A DNA stretch of 64,000 nucleotides from Candidatus Latescibacterota bacterium (GTDB lineage Bacteria; Latescibacterota; UBA2968; SICM01): assembly GCA_965217865.1 (NCBI GenBank), contig CBDCJO010000001.1, positions 416,001 to 480,000 on the forward strand. Direction: 5' to 3'. Of the stretch, positions 40,473 through 49,944 are shown piece by piece. Every line of letters starts with the position of its first letter. Positions within the stretch are counted from its first letter, which is position 1. A program made the position numbers and the translations under genes. Below the pieces are notes generated by a model that saw only the letters and a program-made list of their open reading frames with translations, had not been told where the DNA came from and ran no database searches.

Positions 40473-41240
40473 TCAACCTTTCGCCTTTTGATACATGTCT
40501 CGGTAGACTTTCAGTGAACCGTCATCCTCGGGCTCATAGCTCAGCAACGCCTTTGCGTTTGAAAGATCGAATTTCTTTTCACCTCCGTTGGAGACCCCGT
40601 AGAAAATCCCGAATTTAAGCGCCTCTTTTTCGATGCAGCGCCACGTCATCTGCGCGATGTCGCGCGGACTGAACCAGCGGGAATAACCCGGTTCGTAAAA
40701 CTGACCGGGTTCGTCCTTCCCGTTGAAATTCGCGATCCGGAGACAGAACACTCGGATTCCGTGGCGATCCGAATAGAATCGTCCCAATGCCTCCCCGAAG
40801 GCCTTGCCCGCGCCGTATATCCCGTCCGGGCGGACCATGGCATCGGGATAGGAGCAGAATTGGTCCTTTTCATAGTTTCCCGTAACGTGATTTGTGCTCG
40901 CGAACACGACGGTCGGCACCTGATTGATGCGAGCGGCTTCATAAAGATTGTAAACACCGGGGATATCCACCTCGAGGGTCGCCTGTGCCCGATGGGCTTC
41001 TGTCTGTCCCTTCCACTTGGCCAGGGCAAGGTGAACGATCACATCCACCCCCACGGTAGCCTCTAACATCGCCTCGAAATTCGCAACGTCCGAGACCACC
41101 ACCTCGTCCCCCTTCTCTACGTCGGGGACCTTGGAGTGGAAAAGCAGCCGAAAGTGGTATCGATCCCGAAGGTGTTTCCGCAGGGCCTGTCCGATCGTTC
41201 CAGCCGCACCGGTGATAAAGAGTTTTTTGCGATCCGCCAT
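40473..41240 (-). CDS. NAD-dependent SDR, uronate dehydrogenase-like (second copy)
   Basis: ITGAAGTIG, FASTNHVTG, RPDGIYGAGK, WFSPRD, FYGVSN. Confidence 0.78.
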   Translation of the reverse strand: MADRKKLFITGAAGTIGQALRKHLRDRYHFRLLFHSKVPDVEKGDEVVVSDVANFEAMLEATVGVDVIVHLALAKWKGQTEAHRAQATLEVDIPGVYNLYEAARINQVPTVVFASTNHVTGNYEKDQFCSYPDAMVRPDGIYGAGKAFGEALGRFYSDRHGIRVFCLRIANFNGKDEPGQFYEPGYSRWFSPRDIAQMTWRCIEKEALKFGIFYGVSNGGEKKFDLSNAKALLSYEPEDDGSLKVYRDMYQKAKG

Positions 41241-41269
41241 ATTAATACCTCGTATCTCCTGAATCGTAT

Positions 41270-42358
41270 CTATCTGCCGTCTCCCGTCGCACCTTTCACT
41301 CTTTTGCATAAATCATTCCCTACCTCCGCGGTCGATGACTTCCCGCCAAGGTCGGCCGTGCGCACGATCCCCTCTCGCAAGTTCTGCCGGACCGCCCGAT
41401 CGATTATCTCCGAAGCCTTCTTTTCGCCAAGGAAATCGAGCATCATACCCGCTCCGATTACCGCAGCCAACGGATTGACCAAACTTTTCCCCGCTATATC
41501 GGGGGCCGATCCGTGGACCGGCTCGAACATCGAAGGATAGCGCCTGGAGGGGTCCAGGTTGGCGCTTGCAGCAAGACCCATACTCCCGATGATAATGGCG
41601 CTGATATCGGTTAAAATATCTCCAAAAAGGTTCGAGGCGACAACCACGTCGAAACTCTCCGGTTTTCGGATAAAGTCCATGCATGCTGCATCGATCAGTT
41701 TCGACTCCGTCTCGATATCGGGATATTCCCCCGAAACAGCGGTGAAAACCTCATCCCAAAAGACCATTCCAAAACCCTGAGCGTTGGATTTGGTAATGGA
41801 GGTTACTTTCTTCATTCCGTTCCGGGTCCTGGCGGCTTCGAAGGCATATCGGATAATCCGTTCCGTCCCCCGCCGGGTGAAAACGGCGGATTGGATGGCC
41901 ACCTCGTGCTCGCTTCCCGGGTAGATCCGTCCCCCTACGTTTGAATACTCACCCTCGGTATTCTCCCGCATCACGACAAGGTCGATCTCCCCGGCTTTTT
42001 TTCCTGAAAGAGGTGAGTCCACCCCCTCGAAAAGGATTCCCGGTCGTTCGTTTACGTACTGGTCGAAAGCCCGGCGGATCGGAAGCAATAGTCCGTTCAG
42101 TGTGATATGATCCTGAATGTCCGGCCAACCTACGGCACCGAGATAGATCGCATCGAAATTCGACAGCTGATCGATGCCATCCTCAGGCATCATCCGCCCG
42201 TGTCTACGATAATAGTCCGAACCCCAATCGAAGCGGACGTAATCCAGATTCAAATTCCCTACCTGTCCGGCCACAGCATCCATAACCTTGACCCCTTCGT
42301 CAACGACCTCCACTCCGGCCCCGTCCCCGGGAATCAAGGCAATTCGGTATGATCCCAT
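41270..42358 (-). CDS. tartrate dehydrogenase / D-malate dehydrogenase (decarboxylating) family
   Basis: PGDGAGVEV, LLPIRRAFDQYVNER, RENTEGEY, TKSNA, SNLFGDILTD, SMFEPVHGSAPDIAG. Confidence 0.88.
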   Translation of the reverse strand: MGSYRIALIPGDGAGVEVVDEGVKVMDAVAGQVGNLNLDYVRFDWGSDYYRRHGRMMPEDGIDQLSNFDAIYLGAVGWPDIQDHITLNGLLLPIRRAFDQYVNERPGILFEGVDSPLSGKKAGEIDLVVMRENTEGEYSNVGGRIYPGSEHEVAIQSAVFTRRGTERIIRYAFEAARTRNGMKKVTSITKSNAQGFGMVFWDEVFTAVSGEYPDIETESKLIDAACMDFIRKPESFDVVVASNLFGDILTDISAIIIGSMGLAASANLDPSRRYPSMFEPVHGSAPDIAGKSLVNPLAAVIGAGMMLDFLGEKKASEIIDRAVRQNLREGIVRTADLGGKSSTAEVGNDLCKRVKGATGDGR

Positions 42359-42423
42359 CTGTTCTCCTTTCGGGATTCAGAAGCAGGATAGGGAGTACAG
42401 CCGGCGCGTCCCTATAATTTCCT

Positions 42424-42448
42424 TTTTGCATTTTGCATTTTGCATTTT
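42424..42448. repeat. 7-nt tandem repeat just after the uxuA-like stop
   Basis: (TTTTGCA)x3 followed by a T run. Confidence 0.65.
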
Positions 42449-43414
42449 TTATTTCCCTACCGCCTTCATCAACCCCTTCATATACCCCAGCGCATGGGCC
42501 ATGCCCCGATATCGATATCCGATATCGCCCTCGACAAACGGAGTGTGATCCGGAATCAAGACCCCGTCGAAACCCACCTCCTTATAAGCCCGAATCGCGG
42601 CGAGCATGTCCACATCCCTTTCGTCGATAAAGACTTCGTCGAATTTCGGCACGCTTCCTCGTGTGTTTCTAAAATGGACATAAAAAATCTTATTCATCCC
42701 CCCGAACTCCCGAATGACATCCAGGATTTGTTCCGGTCCCATCTCCGCAACCGTCCCCTGGCAGAACTCCAGTCCATTGCACGGGCTGCTTACGGTTTCG
42801 ATAAGCCTCGCCATATCCTTGGAGCTGGCCAAAAGCCTCCCGGCCCCACGCAACTCCTTCACAGGTGGATCATCGGAATGAGCGGCCAACTTGACCCCCA
42901 CCCGTTCCGCAACAGGCACGACCCGCTCCAGAAACCACCTCAGGCGAGTCCACATGTCCCTCCCGCTCACCTGCCCTGTCTCAATAATCGGGGCGTTTTT
43001 AACCAGATCATAGTCGAAACTCTTGATCCCCGCACCACCTCGACCACCTCCACTCTCATACAATCGCCAGTGGACATCCACACCTGGGATCCCGAAATAG
43101 TATCCCAGTATCGGGATTCCCGCCCGGCCCATGTTTTCGATCGACCGGCACACATTCCGAACCTGCACATCGCGACCCGGTTTCCCCATCAGGACCTTGT
43201 CCCAGTGATCCAGCGGCAGATTCTCGATCCCCCCGACGGTCATTCCATAGGACTCGACGAACTTTCTGACCCTCACCAGCTCTTCATACTCCAGAATGCC
43301 CCGTTCCCCCAGCCGGGGACCACAAACGATGATGTGTGTCACATCAAGCTGGCTGGCGAACCCAAGGCTCTCACCCGTCAACCGATCGAGGCCCAGACCA
43401 AGACCAAGTTTCAT
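42449..43414 (-). CDS. mannonate dehydratase-like (UxuA family)
   Basis: FLERVVPVAE..GVKLAAHSDDPP, NGLEFCQG, KIFYVHFRN, IPDHTP, ALGYMKG. Confidence 0.82.
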   Translation of the reverse strand: MKLGLGLGLDRLTGESLGFASQLDVTHIIVCGPRLGERGILEYEELVRVRKFVESYGMTVGGIENLPLDHWDKVLMGKPGRDVQVRNVCRSIENMGRAGIPILGYYFGIPGVDVHWRLYESGGGRGGAGIKSFDYDLVKNAPIIETGQVSGRDMWTRLRWFLERVVPVAERVGVKLAAHSDDPPVKELRGAGRLLASSKDMARLIETVSSPCNGLEFCQGTVAEMGPEQILDVIREFGGMNKIFYVHFRNTRGSVPKFDEVFIDERDVDMLAAIRAYKEVGFDGVLIPDHTPFVEGDIGYRYRGMAHALGYMKGLMKAVGK

Positions 43415-43491
43415 AGTTCTCCAGGGGCGGATGCTTCCGTGGCTGACTCCCTCAGCCCATCCCACCGGTTTCCCGCATCGACTCCACTTAA

Positions 43492-44283
43492 CTAACCGTC
43501 TTTTTCCCAGACCTTCGGAAAATGCTTCCCCTGCATCATCTCCCCATCTTCGACATCAACGAAGGTTTTCATGACGTGCTTCCCCCCCGCGACATACCGT
43601 GTCTCCTCCGTCATGTAGTGGATCGCGATCGCCCGCCGCGGTCGGTCGCTCTGGTTGACCTGGGACCCGTGCCAGGTCAGGGCGTGGTGGTAGTGCACCT
43701 CCCCCCTTCGGACCGGGCAAGGGACGATTTTGATTTCATGTCCCTCAAATTCAGATGGAATCTCCTCGAAATCCTTCAAAGAACTCAGGAAATTGATTCG
43801 ATCTCCCCACAGGTGCGATCCCGCAACCATGCTCATGCAGCAGTTGGTCTCATCCACATCATCAAGCGCCACCCACGCGCTGACCTGAGTCATTGGCTCT
43901 AAAATAGGCCAGAATGGAGCATCCTGGTGCCACATGTTCAACCCACCAAAGCCCGCGGGTTTATACTGGATCTGATCGTGCCATACGCGCAATTCGGACG
44001 CCCAGGTCAGCTGACCGACCTCCTCCACGATTTTGGACTCACTCAACAACACCTTGAAAGGCTCACTCACCTCCCATACATTCACAATCTGCCAGACGGG
44101 TCTTGCTTCATCGGTTCCCAAGTTTCGGAGCAGCACGGGCTGAGGAACATCCGGCCGCTGTTTTCCTTCAATCACCCGCTGGAGTCCCTCCCTTAATTTC
44201 TCCACCCGATCCATCCCCAGGCAAGGACCGGCGTTGAGAAAACCCATTTTGTGAAATTCCGCTACCTCTTTTCCTCTGAGCAT
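43492..44283 (-). CDS. PhyH-family Fe(II)/2OG dioxygenase
   Basis: DQIQYKP, WHQD, WVALDD, HHALTWHGS, RRAIAIHYM. Confidence 0.9.
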   Translation of the reverse strand: MLRGKEVAEFHKMGFLNAGPCLGMDRVEKLREGLQRVIEGKQRPDVPQPVLLRNLGTDEARPVWQIVNVWEVSEPFKVLLSESKIVEEVGQLTWASELRVWHDQIQYKPAGFGGLNMWHQDAPFWPILEPMTQVSAWVALDDVDETNCCMSMVAGSHLWGDRINFLSSLKDFEEIPSEFEGHEIKIVPCPVRRGEVHYHHALTWHGSQVNQSDRPRRAIAIHYMTEETRYVAGGKHVMKTFVDVEDGEMMQGKHFPKVWEKDG

Positions 44284-44317
44284 TAATCCTTCACTCTCTC
44301 CTTGCATTTACCTTCCG

Positions 44318-45346
44318 TTATTCCACCCAGTCCAGAATCACCTTTCCGGATTGTCCAGACTGCATAACCCTGAAGCCTTCCTCAAAAGATCGGTATGGAA
44401 ATCGGTGGGTGATGACGGGAGAGATGTCCAGACCCGTCTGGATCATGCTGGTCATCTTGTACCACGTCTCGTACATCTCCCGGCCGTAGATGCCTTTAAG
44501 CGTCAGGCCGTTAAAGATCACCTGGTTCCAGTCAATAACGGCTTCTGACTCCGGAATTCCCAAAAGTGCAACCTTTCCCCCGTGACACATGTTTTTCAGC
44601 ATGTCCTTGAAAGCGTTCGGGTTCCCGGACATCTCGAGCCCCACATCAAACCCCTCTTTCATGCCCAGTTCGCGGGCTACATCCTCGATCTTTTCACGGG
44701 ATACATCGAGGGCTCGGGTGGCCCCCATCGTTCGGGCCAGCTCAAGCCTGTCGGGATTGACATCCGTGATGACGATAAAGCGCGCCCCTGCGTGCTTGAC
44801 GATCGCAACGGCCATGATCCCGATGGGACCCGCACCCGTGATCAATACATCCTCTCCCAGCACATCGAACGACAGGGCGGAATGAACGGCGTTTCCCAGC
44901 GGATCAAAGCAGGTCAGGATATCCATGGGAATGTTCGGATCGCAATACCAGACGTTTGCGACAGGAATGCAGAGGAATTCCGCGAAAGTGCCGTCTCGAT
45001 CAACGCCCACCCCCCTCGTATTCATGCAGAGATGCCTTCTCCCCGCCAGGCAGTTCCGGCAGTGCCCGCAAACGATATGCCCCTCCCCACTGACAACGTC
45101 CCCTTTCCTGAAATCGTGAACATTGCTCCCCACCGCCTCGATGGTTCCGACGAACTCGTGGCCGATCACAAGGGGAAGGGAAATGGAATTCTGTGCCCAC
45201 GAATTCCAGTCATAGATATGTACGTCCGTCCCGCAAATCGAGGTTTTATGGATCCGTATCAGGACATCGTTTAGGCCCACGTCCGGAACAGGCACTTCGT
45301 CAAGGATTAAGCCGGGCCGGGGATTTTTCTTGACAATGGCTTTCAT
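44318..45346 (-). CDS. tdh: L-threonine 3-dehydrogenase
   Basis: [53 protein letters not shown]. Confidence 0.95.
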   Translation of the reverse strand: MKAIVKKNPRPGLILDEVPVPDVGLNDVLIRIHKTSICGTDVHIYDWNSWAQNSISLPLVIGHEFVGTIEAVGSNVHDFRKGDVVSGEGHIVCGHCRNCLAGRRHLCMNTRGVGVDRDGTFAEFLCIPVANVWYCDPNIPMDILTCFDPLGNAVHSALSFDVLGEDVLITGAGPIGIMAVAIVKHAGARFIVITDVNPDRLELARTMGATRALDVSREKIEDVARELGMKEGFDVGLEMSGNPNAFKDMLKNMCHGGKVALLGIPESEAVIDWNQVIFNGLTLKGIYGREMYETWYKMTSMIQTGLDISPVITHRFPYRSFEEGFRVMQSGQSGKVILDWVE

Positions 45347-45405
45347 TTTCTCAATTTAGGCTCTTAAGGGCTTAAAGGACAAAGAGTAGTGACTCAGGGG
45401 GGGGT

Positions 45406-45434
45406 AATATGCACCGCTCTTTATCCTGTGTCAA
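45406..45434 (-). promoter_or_regulatory. putative tdh promoter
   Basis: TTGACA-17 bp-CATATT. Confidence 0.5.
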
Positions 45435-45482
45435 CCGCATAAAAATGCAGCCAAGTACCCGAAACCACCTTCCTGTTTTTTT

Positions 45483-46355
45483 TTACGAACTCCTTTCCTG
45501 CTGAATTTTTCCAAAAGTCGTTTGCTCCAGCCGGCTTTGAACCTCATAGATGGTTCCCGTTCGTTTATGTCTGGGAAGCGAGATGCGCGCCGGCACCTTC
45601 TCGACCCGGATCTCATTCGTGAGCTCGCCTCGGAGGACGGTCTCCCCGAACGACTCCCAGTCCCCCCCCATCAAAGGCCAGGCATCGAGCGCACCGTGTG
45701 TGAAAAGCAGGAGACGCCGCGGACGGCCCGAGGCGCTCGGAAGGGAGCCGTGGAGCGTTCGTACGTGGTGAATCGAGAGACCGCCCGCCTGGACCTCCAC
45801 CGGAACCGCGGTTGAATCGTCGAAATCCGGTTCCGCGACCGCGCCGACGAAGTACCCGTCCTGATGGTGATCGTAGAGCCGGTCCCGATGCGATCCGGGT
45901 ATCACCTGAAGACAGCCGTTGGTGGCGTCCATGTCGTCGATGGCCACGCCGACGGTCAGAAGATCGTCATTGGTATGCGGGAAGAAGGCCCAGTCCTGGT
46001 GCCACTCGACCTGACTGGCCCGATCCTCAGATTTCATGTTGAGTTTCCCCCCCCGGAGACGCAATCCCGGGCCGATGAGTTGGTCTACGATGTCCAGGAC
46101 ACCCTCGTGTCGAAGGGTCCGGTCGTAGACCGAGTGGTGTTTCCACGGTGCATTGATCCGGCGAACCTGCGGCCTATCCGCTGTGTGATCCGGACCCAGA
46201 TCGAATATCTCCCCCCCTTTGATCAGGAGGCGGGATCTTTCGATGAATTCGTCCGTGACCCTCCTCAGGTCATCCACGTCATCCTCGGAGAGGACATCTT
46301 CGACCGCGACATATCCGTTTTGACGGTAAAACGTGATCTGTTCATCATTCAGCAT
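45483..46355 (-). CDS. PhyH-family Fe(II)/2OG dioxygenase
   Basis: KLNMK, WHQDWAFFPHTNDD, NGCLQVIPGSH, HHVRTLHGS. Confidence 0.9.
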   Translation of the reverse strand: MLNDEQITFYRQNGYVAVEDVLSEDDVDDLRRVTDEFIERSRLLIKGGEIFDLGPDHTADRPQVRRINAPWKHHSVYDRTLRHEGVLDIVDQLIGPGLRLRGGKLNMKSEDRASQVEWHQDWAFFPHTNDDLLTVGVAIDDMDATNGCLQVIPGSHRDRLYDHHQDGYFVGAVAEPDFDDSTAVPVEVQAGGLSIHHVRTLHGSLPSASGRPRRLLLFTHGALDAWPLMGGDWESFGETVLRGELTNEIRVEKVPARISLPRHKRTGTIYEVQSRLEQTTFGKIQQERSS

Positions 46356-46421
46356 GGCGAACCTCCTTAACCCCCCTCGAATTCCCCTGGTTCCTCGTTT
46401 GAAGGCATGGATAGGGGAGGG

Positions 46422-47378
46422 CTAGTATCCCCCTCTTTTATCACACACAAACTTGAGCGTTTCGCCCGTCAGATATCGCTGTAAGTTCTCCTTGAAGATC
46501 TCCGTCCGGCGATCCCAAATATTCTCCGAATCCGCACATGTGTGGGGGGAAATCAGCACGTTCCGTGCATCCCACAACGGATCGCCGGCCGGAAGCGGCT
46601 CTTCGGCCATGACATCAAGCCCTGCACCTGCGATCTTCCCGGAACGTAAGGCTTCGATCAGCGCCCCTTCTTCAACAATCCCACCTCTGGATACAACGAT
46701 CAGGTGCGCCCCGGGTTTGAAGCGTTCGATCCGGCCCCGGTCGATCATTCCGCGGGTCGCCTCCGTGAGCGGCGCTGTGACCACAAGCCAGTCGGAAACC
46801 TCGATCAGGTCGTCCAGTTTTTCCATCCCCCAGACCTCCCGCACCCCCGAAGGTGGAGTCATGGGCCGTATATCCACAGCATAGACGTTCATGTCGAATC
46901 CCTGAGCACGCTTTGCCACAGCGGAACCGATATCCCCGAGGGCCACAATCCCCATCGTCGTGCCGGGGAGCTCGATCATTCGGCGATGGTACTTCTCGGG
47001 ATTCCATAGGTGAGTCCGCTGATCCTCGATCAATTCGGGGACACGATGCGCGAAGGCCAGGATCATCGCGAAGACGTGGTCCGCCATCGGGATCACGTGT
47101 GTTTCCCGCGAGTTGGTCATGACGACATCGCTCTCGATGATCTCGGGGATTTTTGTCAGCACCATGTCGAAACCGATCCCGATGAACTGGAACCACCGAA
47201 GGCTCCTGGACACCAGGAACAAATCCCGGTTGAGAAGACCGAATATGACCTCTGCATCCGGCGCCTCCCGAAGCTGTTCTTCTGTCGTGTAGGCCGCTTG
47301 AAAATCCTGATCGGGAAAGGCCTTACGTATCTCTTTAAGAAAGGCATCTCCCAAATCGAAAGTGATTAAAATTTTCAT
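46422..47378 (-). CDS. D-2-hydroxyacid dehydrogenase
   Basis: GIVALGDIG, APLTEATRG, SRGGIV, LDVMAEEPLP, SPH. Confidence 0.88.
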   Translation of the reverse strand: MKILITFDLGDAFLKEIRKAFPDQDFQAAYTTEEQLREAPDAEVIFGLLNRDLFLVSRSLRWFQFIGIGFDMVLTKIPEIIESDVVMTNSRETHVIPMADHVFAMILAFAHRVPELIEDQRTHLWNPEKYHRRMIELPGTTMGIVALGDIGSAVAKRAQGFDMNVYAVDIRPMTPPSGVREVWGMEKLDDLIEVSDWLVVTAPLTEATRGMIDRGRIERFKPGAHLIVVSRGGIVEEGALIEALRSGKIAGAGLDVMAEEPLPAGDPLWDARNVLISPHTCADSENIWDRRTEIFKENLQRYLTGETLKFVCDKRGGY

Positions 47379-47461
47379 GATGGTCTCCGTATAGGCTGTT
47401 CGAAACCGAATCGGGTGTGGGCATTTATCGTTCCCGCCTCTTCAACACAACCCCGATAGGG

Positions 47462-48391
47462 TCAGTCTTGTTCGACTGGGGGCGCCTCTAATCCCCATTC
47501 GCGACGGAAATCCTTCAGCATTTCCAATACCTGGCGCAGATGTTCATCACTCTCATCATCGATCTTACCGAACGGCGGACGACACCCTCCGGCGTCGATA
47601 CCTATCAGCGCGAAGCAGCGTTTGATGCTCTGGTAGGCTCCGAACCGGTAGAGTTGGCGTTGAACCCTGTTGATCCCGGACTGTAGTGCCCGCGCCTTCT
47701 CGATAGCCGAGTCCCGAAACGATCGGGTGATCAGGTTGTAAACATCGGCATACAGGTTATAGCTTGATCCAATGGCCCCGTCTGCGCCCATCGCCAATCC
47801 GCTCACGTAATACGCATCCCGGGCGTTCCACACCATCAGACGGCCCCCATCGACCTGTTTGAAGCGATTCAGCATGTCAAAGTCCTCTGAGGTGTGTTTG
47901 ATGCCTACGAAGTTCGGATGGGCTGCAAGGGATTCTACCATCTTATCATCCAGGGTTCGGCCGGAGAGGACCGGAATATTATAGATCGTCACCGGAAGAC
48001 GCGCCTGATCCAGGACGGAGAGATAATATCGTCTGACCTCTTCCGGGGTCACGGGAAAGTAGATCGGAGGCAGGGTCGAGACCGCGTCTGCACCGGACGA
48101 CTTTGCATGGTCGGAGAGGTCGTAGGCCACGCGGTATTCCATGTGGCTGATATTGGCGATTACCCCGGCACGTCCTCCGACCTCTTCCACAACCGTCTCC
48201 AAAATCTTTTTTCGCTCGCCCGGGGAGAGCGAAAAGCTTTCCCCGGTGGAACCGCAGACATAAAAACCGGCTACGCCGAGCGCTAGCTGGTATCGGACGA
48301 TCCGCCTCAGTTCGGGGTATTTGACTTCGTAGTCGGGATCGAAAGGCGTGATCAGCGCCGAAAGAATCCCGTCCATCTGCTGAACATCCAC
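47462..48391 (-). CDS. NanA/DHDPS-family class I aldolase
   Basis: ALITPF, YVCGSTGE, IYNIP, GIKHTS (Schiff-base Lys), GAIGSSYN. Confidence 0.85.
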   Translation of the reverse strand: MDVQQMDGILSALITPFDPDYEVKYPELRRIVRYQLALGVAGFYVCGSTGESFSLSPGERKKILETVVEEVGGRAGVIANISHMEYRVAYDLSDHAKSSGADAVSTLPPIYFPVTPEEVRRYYLSVLDQARLPVTIYNIPVLSGRTLDDKMVESLAAHPNFVGIKHTSEDFDMLNRFKQVDGGRLMVWNARDAYYVSGLAMGADGAIGSSYNLYADVYNLITRSFRDSAIEKARALQSGINRVQRQLYRFGAYQSIKRCFALIGIDAGGCRPPFGKIDDESDEHLRQVLEMLKDFRREWGLEAPPVEQD

Positions 48392-48501
48392 GTTCGACGA
48401 CTCCTATGTGATCTGCAAAATATCGCGATATAAGGTTGCCGTGCGGACTCGGAGATCTCGAAAGGTTCGAACGTTCCCTGGGGCCACAAGGACCCCAGAC
48501 G

Positions 48502-48873
48502 TCAACCCTCCGGGAACTCGGCAACGAACCCCGCCTCCACGAGCATGCCCTTCTGGAGATCGACGCCATAAGCACGTCGGTTGGGGGGATGCGAACCGAA
48601 ATATTCCTTGTATACCGCGTTGACCTCCGCAATATCCCGATTGACATTCTCAAGGTAGAGCCGAACTGAGCAGATCGCGGTCTTGTCCAGGCCGACCTCT
48701 GCAAGAATTCCGTCCAGCTGCCGGAAAATCTCACGCAATTCGGCCCCGGGACCACCCTCCACGGGCTTATCTCCGCCTTCCGGCATGCCTGTCAATACCG
48801 ATTCCAGCATTTTACCCTGATGCACGACTGCGGAGCTGAAAGGAAAACCCTCCTTGGTCTTGATAAATTGCAT
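48502..48873 (-). CDS. RidA/YjgF-family protein
   Basis: PFSSAV, VRLYL, VNAVYKEYF..PPNR, LVE. Confidence 0.8.
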   Translation of the reverse strand: MQFIKTKEGFPFSSAVVHQGKMLESVLTGMPEGGDKPVEGGPGAELREIFRQLDGILAEVGLDKTAICSVRLYLENVNRDIAEVNAVYKEYFGSHPPNRRAYGVDLQKGMLVEAGFVAEFPEG

Positions 48874-48899
48874 GACAGCCTCTCCTCTTGGTTAAGGGT

Positions 48900-49934
48900 T
48901 CAACCGATCGTTCGCTTTATGACCTTGACGAAATTCATGACGTCCTCTTCTGTCGTGTCGAACGACGCCATCCACCTGGCGATCCGTTCCTCCTCGTTAA
49001 GGACGTGGAAAAAAAACGCGTCCTGCAACCGAGGGATGACTTCTTGGGGCAACTGAACGAAAACAGCATTGGCGTCCACCTTCTGCGTGATTCTGATCTC
49101 GGGAACATCCGCGATCTGGTCGGCGAGGAGGCGTGCCATCCGGTTGGCGTGCAGGGCATTCCGCAGCCAGAGATCGTTCGAAAGAAAGGCTTCGAACTGC
49201 GCGCTCAAAAATCGCATTTTTGACGCCAACTGCAATCCCTGTTTCTGGATATACGGAAAATCCCTAGCCATCGCTTTGTCAAAAACCACAATTGCTTCTC
49301 CCAGCATCATCCCCGATTTTGTCCCCCCGAAGGAGAGCAAATCCACACCGACATCCGAGGTGATTTCCCGGAGTCCCATGCCGAGCGCAGCGGCCGCGTT
49401 GGCCAGGCGAGCCCCGTCCATATGAAGGAGCATCCCACCCCGATGGACAAATTCCGCGATCGGCCGGATCTCATCCTGTGAGTAGACCGTCCCCTGCTCC
49501 GTGGTCTGGGCTATAGAGACGACCTTGGGTTGTACCTGGTGGGGATTCCCGAATCCACTGGCTTTGACGCGAATGGATTCCACGCTCAGCTTCCCGTCGT
49601 CAGACGGTACCGGGAGAAGCCTGCAGCCGGCGAAAACCTCCGGCGCGGTGGACTCGTCTATGACTAGATGTGAGGTCTCGGCACAGATAACCGCGTTATA
49701 GGATCTGGTGATTCCGGCCAGGCTCAGGACATTGGCAGCCGTACCGTTGAACACAAAGAAGACAGCAGCCTCATTCCCGAAGTGTTCACGAAATTTTTTA
49801 ATCGCAGCCAGCGTGTAGGGATCCTCCCCGTAAGCATGCACGTGTCCCACGTTCGCTGCGCATATGGCATTGAGGATCTCCGGATGAATCCCGGCATGGT
49901 TATCGCTTGCGAATCCTCTTGGATTTTTATCCAT
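48900..49934 (-). CDS. ltaE: low-specificity L-threonine aldolase
   Basis: FASDNHAG, YGED, NGTAAN, HMDGARLANA, SFGGTK, SKMRF. Confidence 0.9.
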   Translation of the reverse strand: MDKNPRGFASDNHAGIHPEILNAICAANVGHVHAYGEDPYTLAAIKKFREHFGNEAAVFFVFNGTAANVLSLAGITRSYNAVICAETSHLVIDESTAPEVFAGCRLLPVPSDDGKLSVESIRVKASGFGNPHQVQPKVVSIAQTTEQGTVYSQDEIRPIAEFVHRGGMLLHMDGARLANAAAALGMGLREITSDVGVDLLSFGGTKSGMMLGEAIVVFDKAMARDFPYIQKQGLQLASKMRFLSAQFEAFLSNDLWLRNALHANRMARLLADQIADVPEIRITQKVDANAVFVQLPQEVIPRLQDAFFFHVLNEEERIARWMASFDTTEEDVMNFVKVIKRTIG

Positions 49935-49944
49935 ATCCTTGGGC

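Noticed and set aside
42440-43495. 351-aa plus-strand ORF
   Set aside because: Antisense shadow of the uxuA-like gene.
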